A stretch of 64,000 bases of DNA from Callorhinchus milii (Eukaryota), in NCBI RefSeq assembly GCF_018977255.1, contig NW_024704742.1, forward strand, positions 37,574,001 through 37,638,000, in the 5' to 3' direction. Of the stretch, positions 36,680 to 48,755 are shown in pieces. The position numbers were made by a program, and so were the translations under genes. A model generated the notes under the pieces. It saw only the letters and a list, made by a program, of their open reading frames with translations. It did not search any database and was not told the origin of the DNA. Numbering within the stretch: the stretch's first letter is position 1; every line of letters starts with the position of its first letter.

Positions 36680-38175
36680 TCAACAACAACGGATTTATAT
36701 TGCGCCCTCCATGCCGGACGGCATCTCAGAGCGCTTCACAGTAACGGATCCCGGGGCCGAGCCAGGGGGAGGGGCGGAAGGTGACCAAAGGCGCGGTCGA
36801 AAAGAAAGGTCTTCAGCAGAGACCTGAAAATAGGAAGAGAGAGAACGAGACAAAGGGAGTGAGGAAGGGAGATCCAGAGCCTTGGGGCATAGTGGCTGAA
36901 AGCACGGCCGCCGAGGGTGGAGCAGAGGACTCAGGGGACGAGGAGGAGGCCAGACCCGGAGGAACAAAGGCAACGGGTACTGTTTTGAGGAGAGAGGAGA
37001 TCAGAGAGGTAGGGGGGTGCAGAGGAGTGGAGGGATTTGAAGACAAGGATGAGGATCTTGAAGTCGATCCTTTCTGGGACAGGGAGCCAGTACAGTCTGG
37101 CAAGGACTGGGGTGATCGGGGAGCAGCGTTTTGTGCGGGTGAGAATGCGAGCGGCAGAGTTTTGAATAATCTAGATTTTATGGATGGTAGTGGAGGGGAG
37201 ACCGGTGAGGAGGGCATTAGAATAGTCAAGCCAAGAGGTGACAAAGGCATGGACCAGGGTTTCAGCGGCTTTCGGAGAGAGGTATGAGCATAGACGGGCG
37301 ATGCGTTGGAGGTGGAAGAAAGTGGTGCTGGTGAGGGACTGGATGTGGGGGAGGAAGGATAATTGGGGGTCGAACCTGACGCCTAGGTTGCGTATGGGTT
37401 CGGAGAGTTTTAGGGGGAGGTTGGGTAGGTGGAGGAGGTGAGAAGCGTGAGATTTTAGACGTTGACGAGAGCCAAAGAGTATGGTTTCCGTCTTGTCAAC
37501 TTTCAGCCGAAGGAAGTTTGCTCTCATCCAGCCCCTGAGGTCTGACAGGCAGGCTGACAGAACATCAGGGGACTGGGGGTCGCAAAGAGAGGTGGAAAAA
37601 TAGAGTTGGGTGTCATTCACATACCCCATGTCTACAGATGACATCCCCAAGAGGGAGCATGTAGATCAGAAAGAGGACGGGGCCAAGGATGGATCCTTAG
37701 GGTACCCCGCAGGTAACCGGGTGAGAGCAGGAGGAGAAGCCGTTTGTGCAGATGTACTGCTGGCGGTTTGTGAGGTAGGACTCAAACCAGGCGAGTGCGG
37801 TCGGTCCCACTGAGGTGGATGACGGAGGAAAGGCTGTGGAGGAGGATGGCGTGATCGACTTGTCGAACGCAGAGGAGAGGTCCAGGAGGACAAGGAGACA
37901 GAGAGAGCCCTGGTCACAGATAGAGAGGATGTCGTTTGTGACTTTCACAAGCGCAGTCTCTGTACTGTGGGCGGAAACCGGACTGGAGGGGTTCGAAGAG
38001 AGAGTGTGAGGAGAGGTGTGCGCGGAGTTGATTGGCAACAACGCGTTCTAGGACTTTTGTGAGGAAGGGCAGGTTAGAAATGGGGCGGGAGTGGCTGGAG
38101 TTTGAGGGATCTAGGGAAGGTTTTTTGAGGAGGGTGGTGATGACAGCAGTTTTGAGGGGGGCAGGGACAGATCCA
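36680..38175 (-). mobile_element. L2 LINE fragment (second subfamily; related copy at 62500-63548 +)
   Basis: HSTETALVKVTND, LLDLSSAFD, GVPxGS, DTQLYFS motifs. Confidence 0.9.
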
Positions 38176-38526
38176 GATTTGTCTACCTGTTAAGGTGGAT
38201 TTTAACAATCCCATGGCACTTGGTGAAAAGAGGGAGTTTCTCCCAGTGTCCTGGCCAACAATCCTCCAGATAAAATTGGTCGTTCATTGCACAGTCTCAC
38301 ATTGACATCTCAAGGTACTTCAGATTTGAATACCAAGCCAGGGGAGGGGGAGGTATTAAATTGGGTTTCTAAGCTCAGGAAAGAGGGAGCAAGCTGGAAG
38401 GTTTCCAGCCTGGCGTTCAATAGAGCAGGGGCATCTAGTCTGCCTGTGTGATACCCAGTGTGTAAGATGGTTACAATGTATTGACAAAACTAGTGACCAC
38501 GTTTACCCATTCACATTAGTCTAGCA

Positions 38527-38725
38527 CAGTGGTGGCCAACCTAGTGGGCTGGGGGCAAAAGTGGCCCGCGAACATTCGCACCAATCTAGGTAAGTCTGTA
38601 TTCGGTCGGTAGTGTGTTTTCAGTTTTTCTTGATTGAACATTTGTTGACTTAACGGCATAAATGAACAAATATTCAATCAAGAACATTTATTTTGTTTGC
38701 TGTCTATGAAGCTTGGCCTCCACTG
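38527..38725. mobile_element. hAT-type MITE (related copy at 54434-54681)
   Basis: TIR cagtggtggccaa / ttggcctccactg; shared internal aaagtgg...gaacattcgca. Confidence 0.7.
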
Positions 38726-38921
38726 GTCCAGTGGCCCGATCATCTGCCTGGTCACACCGAAAAGCAATTCTGCATTACTCGTCTCTCATACATTCTTCAC
38801 CAAATACCTATTTCATTTCTTCCCACTGACACAATGAGATTGAAGTTCATTTGGAATGAAGTATTTTGATGTTTGACTTGTTCTAAAAGAAGAGATGTGC
38901 AATTGTATACTTTCCTCTCAG

Positions 38922-39048
38922 GTTTTGCACCAGCATTGTTGCTCAAGACACAAAAGGAAATATTTACCATGGGAGAAATCTGGATTACAGTTTTGGTGAA
39001 AGTTTACGGAAGCTCATAGTGGAACTGCAATTTGAAGCGAATGGACAG
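38922..39048 (+). CDS. NAAA: NAAA exon 3 (autocleavage site, catalytic Cys codon 38926-38928)
   Basis: [42 protein letters not shown]; Ntn-hydrolase signature. Confidence 0.98.
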
Positions 39049-39227
39049 GTGGGTCCTAAGATCCTTACATTTGATATAATGCCATTTCATGGCAGGAGAA
39101 TGTCTCAAAGCACTTCACAGAATATACTGTAACTTATAGATGAAGTATTAGTAAGTGATGAATGGATACAGATATTCAAAAAACATTGGACAGGTTTTTT
39201 TTCTCTCTCTCTCTTTCTCAAGATGAT

Positions 39228-40755
39228 ATCATAGAATCATAGAATCGTACAGCACAAAAAGAGGCGATTCGGCCCGTCGAGTTTGTGCCGGCTCTTTGAG
39301 TAGAGCAATTAATGTCAATCCCACTCCCCAGCCCTTTCCCCTTAACCCTGCAAACCCACCCTCCTCAAATACCCGTCCACCGCGTTTTTAAAAGTAGTTA
39401 TCGAATCGGCCCCAACCACCCTTTAATAATAATAATAATAATAATCCTTGCATTTGATATAGCGCTTTTCACGTCAGGAGGACGTCCCAAAGCGCTTCAC
39501 AGAACACACTGTAAAGTGAATTGATTGTATATTTGTGGGCGTACGCGGCAGCAAATTGCGCACAGCAATGTCCCACAAACAGTCCTAGATTGAAAATGAA
39601 AATGACCAATTTATTTTTGTTTTGGGTTTTTGAGGGATTATTATTAGGCTCTGTGTGGAGGAGGGAAACTTGCCCAAGGTTTCGCCCTGCCTGGAGTTGA
39701 ACTCAGGTCTCTTGTTCGGAAAGCGAGTGCTCTAACCACTGAGCTACAGGACTCCACATAAAGGCAATGCGTTCCAGATTCGAACAACTCGCTGCATGAA
39801 AAGGTTTCTTCTCACTTCCCCTCTGCCTCTTTTAGATACTATTTTGAATCTGTGACCTCAAGTCACCAACACACCCACCAGTGGAAACAGTTTTCCCCTT
39901 TCTAACCTATCAAATCCCCTCATGATTTTGATGACCTCTATTAGGTCTCCTCGTAACCTTCTCTGCTCCAAAGAGAATAATCCCAGCCTCTCCAGCCTTT
40001 CCTCATAATCAAGGTCCCTCATTCCTGGTACCATCCTCGTAAATCTCCTCTGCACCCTTTCCAATGCCTTAACATCCTTCCTATAGTGTGGTGCCCAGAA
40101 CTGGGCGCAGTATTCTAACTGAGGCCTAACCAGTGTTTTATGACCGTGCCTCTTTGACCGTGCCTTCAGCTCCCCTCTCGACTCTCTTCCTCCTCCTCGC
40201 TCCCTCCCTTCCCTCCCCTCACCCTGACCATTTCCCCCCTCCTCTCTCCCTCCCTTCCCTCCCCTCACCCTGACCATTTCCCCCCTGCTCGGGTCATGAC
40301 CCAACTGTGCAGCGCCTTGGGACGTCCTCCTGACGTGAAAGGCGCTCTATAAATGGAATCTTGTTGTTGTTGTTGTTGTTTTATATAGGTTAATCATAAC
40401 TTCCTGACTCTTGTACTCTATGCCCCTATTTATAAAGCCTAGTATCCTATATGCCCATTTTACAGCCTTGTCTACCTGTCCTGCCACCTTTAAGGATTCA
40501 TTTACCTGAACCGCCAGGTCTCTCTGTTCTTTTACCCCCCTTAAGATTGTATTACCAGCCTGTATTGCCTCCCCTCATTCTTTCTACCAAAATGCATTAC
40601 CTCGCATTTCTCCACATTGAAACTCATCTGCCATGTGTCTGTCTATTTTACCATTCTGTCTATGTCTTCGTGCAGTTGGCTCCTATCCTTCTCACTGTTT
40701 ACCACCCTACCTAACTTTGTGTTGTCCTTTACCACTCTACCTAACTTTGTGTCGT
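39228..40755 (-). mobile_element. CR1 LINE 3' portion with nested full SINE (39424-39755, -) and L2 tail (~40141-40380, +)
   Basis: LVRPQLEYCAQFWAPHYRKDVKALERVQRRFTRMVPG; CR1 tail (attctatg)n. Confidence 0.9.
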
Positions 40756-41187
40756 GATTGAGAGGGAACCTGATAAAGGTATTTAAGATTATGAAAGAAT
40801 TCAGTAAGGTGAACATTAATGGTCTCTTTCCACTTGATGAATCCATAATGAGGAGGCATCAATATAAGATGCCCAGCAGTAGATTTAAAGGGAGGTTTAT
40901 TTCAGCAGGAATTTCTTTTTGCTGAGGGTGGTGAGAACACAGAATTCACTGCTGGAAGCTGTGGTTTAAGAAAAAACAACAATGTATTTAAAAGAAAATT
41001 TATGTACATACATGAAAGAGAAAGGAATAGAGGGTACAGAAGGGGGGATTAGGAGGGGTGGAGGTTTATGTGGATTATAAACACTGGCACAGATGAGTTG
41101 GGCTGTTCAGCTTGTTTGCATGGGGTAACAATCTGAGTAATTTTATGTTATAGCAAGCATTTTTTTGTTATCCATCTCAAAATCAAA

Positions 41188-42012
41188 CAAAAACAGAAGT
41201 TCAAGCTTGCGCTGTGGCTCATTGGAACAGCATAGGAGATCAAGGCTGGAGAGGTCAGAGTGCGAGTGGGAGGGAGAGTTGAAATGGCAAGAAACCGGAA
41301 GCTCAGGGTTGTGCCTGTGGACAAAATGGAGGTGTTCGGCAAATCGGTCACCCAATCTCCGTTCGTCTCCCCAATGTAGAGGAGACCACATCGTGAGCAA
41401 CGAATGCAGTACACTACATTGGTGGTAGTACACGTAAATCGCTGACTCACTTGGAAACTCCTACGCTGTTCCAATGAGCCACAGTGCAAGCCTGAGGAAC
41501 AGCACCTTATTTATCTGCTAGGGATCTTACAGCCCTCTGGCCTCAATATTGATTTCAACAATTTCAGACCATAACCGCTCACCTGCCCCCTCCCCCATTT
41601 CTGTGACCATTACCACATCATTTTGGTCCCAGACACACCTTTTCTCTCCATGATCTGCCTGTTTTGTTGCAAGTTCTTCCCCCCCCACTTTCGTTCTGCC
41701 GTATTAACACCTCTATTCCCCTGCTTCGTGCAATCCCCCTCTTTGTTCTGCATCATTAGCACCTCTTTAACCCATCATCCCCTGTCCTCTACTCCATTTA
41801 CTCCTTTGTCTTCCTTGTCCTGCCTCCCCACTCTCTGTTAGCCCTTAAAAGCCTCTCCCTCCCCACATACCCCAGTTCTGATGAAGGGTCATGGACCCAA
41901 AATGTTGACTCATTCTCCTTTCTCCATAGATGCTGCCTGACCTCCTGAGTGTACCCAGCGACTTCTGTTTTTGGTTTCAGATTTCCTGCATCTGCAGTAT
42001 TTTGTGTTTTGT
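41188..42012. mobile_element. Penelope-like retroelement fragment (GIY-YIG end plus pLTR), partly inverted
   Basis: FTCTTTNVVYCIRCSRCGLLYIGET..RLGDRFAEH..PVSCHFNSPSH on -, QCKPEEQHLIYLLGILQPSGLNIDF on +; TSD tcaaaatcaaa at 41177-41187 and 42013-42023. Confidence 0.88.
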
Positions 42013-42153
42013 TCAAAATCAAAATACAACCTTCTGGTCTTCAGTTGTTGCTCTGAGACAACATTGATTTGCTGTCTGATCCTTAATACACTCAAAAATG
42101 CCTGAGGTTTGGCATGGCTGCCAATTTTACTAACTTTCCTTGTTATGTTTCAG

Positions 42154-42244
42154 ATTATCTATACAGGCACTACAGCAGTTGGCTATTTAGGTTTATGGAC
42201 TGGACAACGTCCAAACAAATTTACTATTTCTGGGAACGAAAGAG
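42154..42244 (+). CDS. NAAA: NAAA exon 4 (GC donor)
   Basis: [30 protein letters not shown]; donor AG|gcaagt. Confidence 0.95.
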
Positions 42245-43535
42245 GCAAGTTCAAAATTTTCTGCATGAATTAGATTGAACTAAAGATTAAAGCTACTGTT
42301 CATTTTAATGGCTAACCTGATAGCGAAAGTGACCTTTGAGACTGATCAAGTGTGTTTAGATATTAATAATTAACCCTCAATACTTTTTTAGACAGAAGCG
42401 GTTTAAGATTTTACTCTTGAAAGTTGTGGGCTGCAGTTTTTAATAAGAAATCTGTAACTGTTTACAACCATAGCATAAATGTATCAGTACTTGAGCTGTA
42501 GTTAGATGATACTTCATTGCAGTATTAGTTGGAGTTGCTGTCTTATAGATGAGATGTTAAACCAAGGTTCTTAAATGCTTGTTCAGGGGGATTTTAAATA
42601 CGCCGAGGTACTATTCAAAAAGAGAAGAGAGTTTCAAAGGGTGTCCTGGCCAAAAATACTCTAAATGAATTGGTCATTCACTTCATGGCTGTTTGTAGGA
42701 TCATGCTGTGTGCAAAACTGCCATCATGTTTGCCTCCAAACTGCACATTACAGTGAAGCACTGTGTGATTTTGCATTGTGCAATGCATTGTGTTATAAAT
42801 TGCGCATTCTTGCTTCTAATCTAACCTTGAGTAGATTAGGACATATTACAGACAAGCGTAGAGGTGCTATATAAATGAAAATCGGTGGTGGTGAAATCGT
42901 TGAGTTTGTATCATTGAAACTTAGTGTACTTTCACACACTGCTGAAACAGAAGGGAGGGGGCTAGGCAAGCTAATACAATAATAATCTTTACATTTGATA
43001 TAGCGTCTTTCACATCAGGAGAATGTGTCAAAGCGCATCACAGGATTTACTGTAAAGTGTAGTGACTGTGTATTTTGGAGTCGAACATGGCAGCCAATTT
43101 GCAAACAGCCACGTCTCACAAACAGCCATGAGGTGAATGATCAATTTGATCTGTGGCATTGTTGGCCAGGATACCAAGAGAGACTTTTTAAATTGTGCTA
43201 TTGGATCTTTATCGTCTACCTGAACAGTGCCTCAGTTTAACATCTCAGCCGAAAGACAATACCTCTAAAAATGCAGGACACCCACAGGGCTGCGTTGGAG
43301 TGTGTGTCAACCTAGAATATTTGATTTCAAAGTCCTAACATGGGACTTGCACTCACAACCTTTTGACTCAGAGGCGAGAGTGCTACCATCTGAGTCAGGT
43401 TGACACACACCTGAAGATACACTCTGCATTCAAGTATACATTCTGACAGAAAGCCCCCCACATCCACTCCAGTGTGTTTTGACATAAGTGGAATTACAGT
43501 TAATTAAATTCTGTTTCAATTGTCTCTGTTCAAAG

Positions 43536-43612
43536 ATAAAGGACATTGGTGGAGAAATGCAATTGCTGCATTTTGGAAGAGAAGCTCTCCTGTTAGTTGG
43601 CTGATAAGAGAT
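43536..43612 (+). CDS. NAAA: NAAA exon 5
   Basis: (D)KGHWWRNAIAAFWKRSSPVSWLIRD|gtgagt. Confidence 0.96.
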
Positions 43613-45994
43613 GTGAGTAACCGAATGGAGTGATTTCCAGCACCAATAATATCCTAGTGCAGAATAGGTCATATCCTTGTGAATGATATTTTGTGTATGT
43701 TTTCTTTCTTTCATTTTAAAGAGAAAGAGGTGAGGCAGATAGAAGAATAATTGGTTAAAGGCTATTATGTAAGGATAAAATTTCCTGCCTGTAAAAATCA
43801 TGTCACAAAGAATGATTACAATTGAGTAAGAGTTCCTGGGAAGAGCAGTTCTTTCAATGTAAGGTATCCTACTTTATTACCACCTCTAATGTACACCAGC
43901 AATGTTACAGCTTGAGTATGACTTTTGGGCATCTGAACTCAACTGATGTGACCAGATAGTCCAGAATCCTTGTTGATTGCTGCCTCGCATTGCTTTGACT
44001 TGGTTGGTGAATAATGAGTCAACTAACACCCATAGATCTCTTCCAGCTTCTAGCACAAGCTAGGGATCTCACTTGGAATCTTTCAGGTTTCCTATGCCTC
44101 ACCTTCACTCAAAGCAATGTTTGAGTAATAGTGAAAAGCTAAAAATAATGAAAGTCTGTTTCCTTTTGGTTTATGAAGTGTTTAGTACATGTCTTTCTGT
44201 TGGAAGTGTATCGAACAGGCTACAGTTGAGATTCCAGCTTCCCAACAAAAGAGTGTTTCAATGTGTTTGCGTGTAACCAACCACAATGCAAACTAAATGG
44301 ATATCATTTCATCACTCTGCTTGGTGAATGTATTGCACTGTTTATTTTAAATAATTACCTATTTGCAAGACAAGGTTTGGATTCTAAAAGATTTATCTTG
44401 CACTCAGATTAAAATTACCATTTGCAAATGACATGCTAGTGCAAAACCAGACTAAGACATGCTTGTGTGGAGAAATTACCTCTCTCTACATTCGCCACTT
44501 TGGTTTAATAAAAATGATTTAAATAAGAATTATGCACATTGCAGCAATTGCAGCTGAGTACTGTATCAGAAAGCTCACTTGAGTGTGACTCAAAGACCCA
44601 TGGTTGTCAGATATGGAAATTAAAGATGGAAAGCAGGAATGAAACTGCTGTAGTGGAAGTCAATAAAGCCAGTGCAACAAAAGTGAAACAACTCAATAAG
44701 AAACCATTTTAACCATTTCTTATCACAAGAGCTTTAGATGAAGAAGACCCTTCGGCCCATTTAATCTCATTCCTCCAGAATGTGCATTATACTGACCTAC
44801 CATCACAGTATCAAGCTGGTGTTTTTAAATGAATCCAGTGTTCCAGCCTCAAGCACCCTTCCTGATAACCTGTTCCAGTCATTAATTACCCTCTGGGTAA
44901 ACAAATACTTCCAGGTATCTGGTTTGAAATTTGCTTTTGCAACCCTAAACCTTTCTTCTTATTTTACTTTTTATATTTTATTTTACTTATTTTATCCTAG
45001 CAGGGTGAAACCTTGTGCAAGTTTCTTTACTCCACACACCTGATAATAATCCCTCAAGAAAATAAAACAATAATAAATTGTTCACTTCAAAACCACGACT
45101 GTTTGTGGGACACTGCTGTGTGCAATTGGCTGCCGCATTTCGCCCACAAATATGAATTCACTTTTCAGTCTATTCTGTGAAGCCCTTTGAGACGTCTAGA
45201 AGAAATGAAAAGCGCGATATCAAATGCAACGATTGTTATTATTATACTGTCTTGGGGCACTCAAAAAGTCTGGGTTTACTTTCTTAATCCCACTCAAAAT
45301 CTTTTATACATCTATAGGATCCCCACTGAGATTTCTTCTTTTATTTAGGACTGAAGACCTCTAGCTTGTCTAATCATTACTCATAACTCATTCCTCCAAC
45401 TGGTGTCTGCACTGCCTTTACTTTCCAGTGACCATAACTATATTCTGCACTAGGTGCGGCCTGACCAGAGTTTAGGTATGATTTCTGAACTCAAGTAATT
45501 TGACTAGAAAGCCCAGAATACTGTTTGCCTTGTTAAATGCTGCCTCACACTGGTTTGACTTGGTGAATACTGAATCAACTAAAAACCCATAGATCTCTTC
45601 CAGCTTCTAGCACATGCTAGGGATCTCACTTGGAATCTTTCAGGTTTGCTATGCCTCACCTTCACTCAAGGCAATGTTTGAGTAATGGTCACAAGCTGAA
45701 CGTAATGAAAATCAATTGCTAGTACATGGCTTTCTGTTGGAAGTAAAGTCTATTGAACAGGCCACAGTTCAGATTTCAGCTTCAAATAATGAGTGTATCA
45801 GGTGATGGACTGAGTCGTGAGCAGTTGCATACACATGGGGAGAGCATTCATTTCCGCAGCCACAACTGAACACTCAGCCATGGGTGAGAGATGGCAATCT
45901 CCTGAGGGCAGTTGGATGGGAAAATACAATAGAAGGAGAGAAATTCTATTCTAGATAACCTAATTGTCATTGATGTTTGTCCTTTGATGCACAG

Positions 45995-46167
45995 ACCCTC
46001 CTTGAAGCAGAAAATTTTGAGGCAGCTAAGTGGAAACTGGCCAAGAGTCCCATCATTGCAGATGTTTACTACATCTTGGGTGGGGTCAATCCAAATGAAG
46101 GTGTGGTTATCACACGAAACCGCGATGGCCCAGTGGACATCTGGCCTTTGATGACTGTGATAAAACA
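45995..46167 (+). CDS. NAAA: NAAA exon 6
   Basis: [52 protein letters not shown]|gtaagt. Confidence 0.97.
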
Positions 46168-46576
46168 GTAAGTAACCTCTCCAGACACACCCCTTTCAGT
46201 CACACCCAGGTGAATGGTCTTTGTGAATATTTTTGTGTTTGTTTCACAGTGGAGGCTAAAACAAACTGATTTTAAACAGGAAGGTATGTACCAATCTGCA
46301 GTAGCTCTGCTCCAATACAACCTATTCTTTAAAGGATTATTGTTTTGGAGATCCTGCAAGCTCATCTGATGTACTTCCTTTACTACAAAGAATCAGATTC
46401 CTTAAAGTAGAGAAATTTCTCTGAACCATACAGTATATTGTGCAGATAAAGTTCTCATAACTTCTTCATTTGCTCTTTAGTAATTATTTTAGATCAGTTT
46501 ATCTTTAATTTCTAACTCACCGACCAGTGGAAATAAATTCTCCCTGTTGACATGATTTCATCATTATAGGAGAGCA

Positions 46577-46885
46577 GGGGTCCTGTAGCTCAGTAGTTAG
46601 AGCACTTGCAAGTGAGACACCTGGGTTCAATTCCAGGCAGGGCGAAACCTTGGGCAAGTTTTCTTACTCCACACGCCTAATAATAATCCCTCCAAAACAA
46701 TAATAAATTGGTCATTTTCAATCCACGACTGTTTGTGGAACACTGCTGTGCGCAATTGGCTGCTGCGTTTCGCCCACAAATACATGGTCAATTCACTTTA
46801 CAGTCTATTCTGTGAAGCGCTTTGAGACGTCTAGAAGAAGTGAAAAGTGCTATATCAAATGCAAGTATTATTATTGTTATTATTA
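46577..46885 (+). mobile_element. Full-length tRNA/Deu-like SINE
   Basis: A box tagctcagtagttagagc, B box ggttcaattcc, core ctgtttgtggaacactgctgtgcgcaattggctgc, L2-type tail. Confidence 0.88.
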
Positions 46886-46925
46886 GAGGATCCCATTTGG
46901 AATTACTGCTTTTTAACCAGTATTG

Positions 46926-47280
46926 ATAATAATGATAATCCTTGCATTTGATATAGCACCTTAGAACATTGTTGAGACACCTCAAAGTGCTTCACAGAAT
47001 ATATTATAAATTGGATTGACTGTATTTTGTGGGCGAAATGCGGCAATCAATTGTGCACAGCAGCGTCCCACAAACAATTGAGTGACCAAATCTTTTTTGA
47101 GGAAATATTACCCCTGGAAAGCAATCCGCCAATCGACTAACAACCGGGTTCCTACTTACTGCTAGGTAAACGGAGGTATTAGAGTAAGGAAACTTGCCTA
47201 AGGTTTCGCCTCCAACCCAGAATCAAATCCATTCCTCTCGCTTGCCATGTGAGTGCTCTAACCACTACACTATGGAACTC
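46926..47280 (-). mobile_element. SINE of the same family, inverted relative to its neighbour
   Basis: Reverse complement of the same head, core and tail. Confidence 0.85.
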
Positions 47281-47854
47281 TGTATTAAATTACAAAACCC
47301 TTTGTAAAATCAAATGTCAAAAACAAGTGCTTTGAGACTTTCTCCTGATGTGAAAGGCACTATATAAATGTAAGTTGTATTGTACAAATGTCATTGTTTA
47401 TGGACACCAGAGGTCAATTCTAAGGGAATGGGAGCAAAATAAACCACAGTATTTTCAAATAATTTTTGTAGAGAACGGGCATTGATTAGAAAGGGATATT
47501 ATTGGGTTAAAATTCTAGTCAGCATTACGTGGAACTTTGTTGTGATTTTAATGGGGAAATCCCATTAGTGGCTGTCATGGCTAAAGGTGATATATTAAAT
47601 ATTGACTGGAATTTCAGACCATATATAGGTCAAACAAATGTGCTATTAATCCTTTGGGTGAAATTGACAATGGAATCACCCAATATGCTGGATAAACAGT
47701 GATCACTGTATGCTTCGATCAGGGCTGATATACAATTATCTTTCTGGATCAGCACTTTTGAACCAAAGTTGAAATGGGAAGAGTTTTGGTTTGTTGACAT
47801 GTGTTTAAACTGGGTTCATGTTTCTGGATTTGTGTGCTCTCCTCACTTCCGTAG

Positions 47855-47917
47855 GTGGTACAGAGTGGAGACAAACTATGATCACTGGACCACTCCACCT
47901 CCATCATGTGACAGAAG
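47855..47917 (+). CDS. NAAA: NAAA exon 7
   Basis: WYRVETNYDHWTTPPPSCDRR. Confidence 0.96.
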
Positions 47918-48688
47918 GTGAACTTTCTTAATTGCACCTTGAAATAAACAGTGCCCGGAGCCCCACATCCATGCTCTTACTCACTCAGCTTTCCCTCACC
48001 TCCGAAATATTACTCACCTCTGCCACTACCTCTCCCCCTTGGGATGCCACGCCTTTATCACGCGCAGGCTCGACTATGCCAGTGCTCTGCTTGCCAGACT
48101 CCCTAGCGCTCCCCTACACGGGTTCAGAATATCCAGATCTGCGCAACCCATGTCCTTGTCCCAACGGGCTCCATGAGCCTATTACCCCCGTCCTCTGTCG
48201 GCTCCATTGGCTTCCCAGCAGATTGATTCAAGTTCATCATTCTCATGTTCAACCCCCCACCCCCATGCTCGCTCCCCATACTTCCTTTGCAACCTCCCCC
48301 AATCATATCAACCCTGCTGCTCCCTTTGCTCAGTGAACCTTGGCTTGCTTTGTGTCGCCCGCCCTATTTGCTCCACCATCAGAGGATGGGTTTTCAGTCT
48401 TTCTGCCTCCACTCTCTGGAATTCCATCCCAGAATCCTTCCGACTCCCTTGCTCCCTCCCCTTGTTCAAGGCCCATCTCAAAACATGCCTCAAGGATGCT
48501 TTTAGTCTTCTCTCCCCTCCACACCCCATCGGCTCCCATCCCCAGCTCGGGTCACCAGCAAGCATTGTCAAGCGCTTTGATACATCCTCTCAACGTGAAA
48601 GGGGAAGAATAAGTGTAAATTGTAATTGTGACATTGTATTTAATGCTTCACATTGCACTCATTTTTATATTTTATATTGTTTCTCAAG

Positions 48689-48755
48689 AACACCAGCTAT
48701 CAAGGCTCTCAATGCTACTGGACAAGATAAAATAAATCTCGATACACTTTTTCAT
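48689..48755 (+). CDS. NAAA: NAAA exon 8
   Basis: TPAIKALNATGQDKINLDTLFH|gtgagt. Confidence 0.96.

Noticed and set aside
46577..46650. tRNA-like heads of SINEs (also 6250-6310, 36525-36600, 43340-43420)
   Set aside because: They do not form complete cloverleafs and run into SINE bodies, so they are not tRNA genes.
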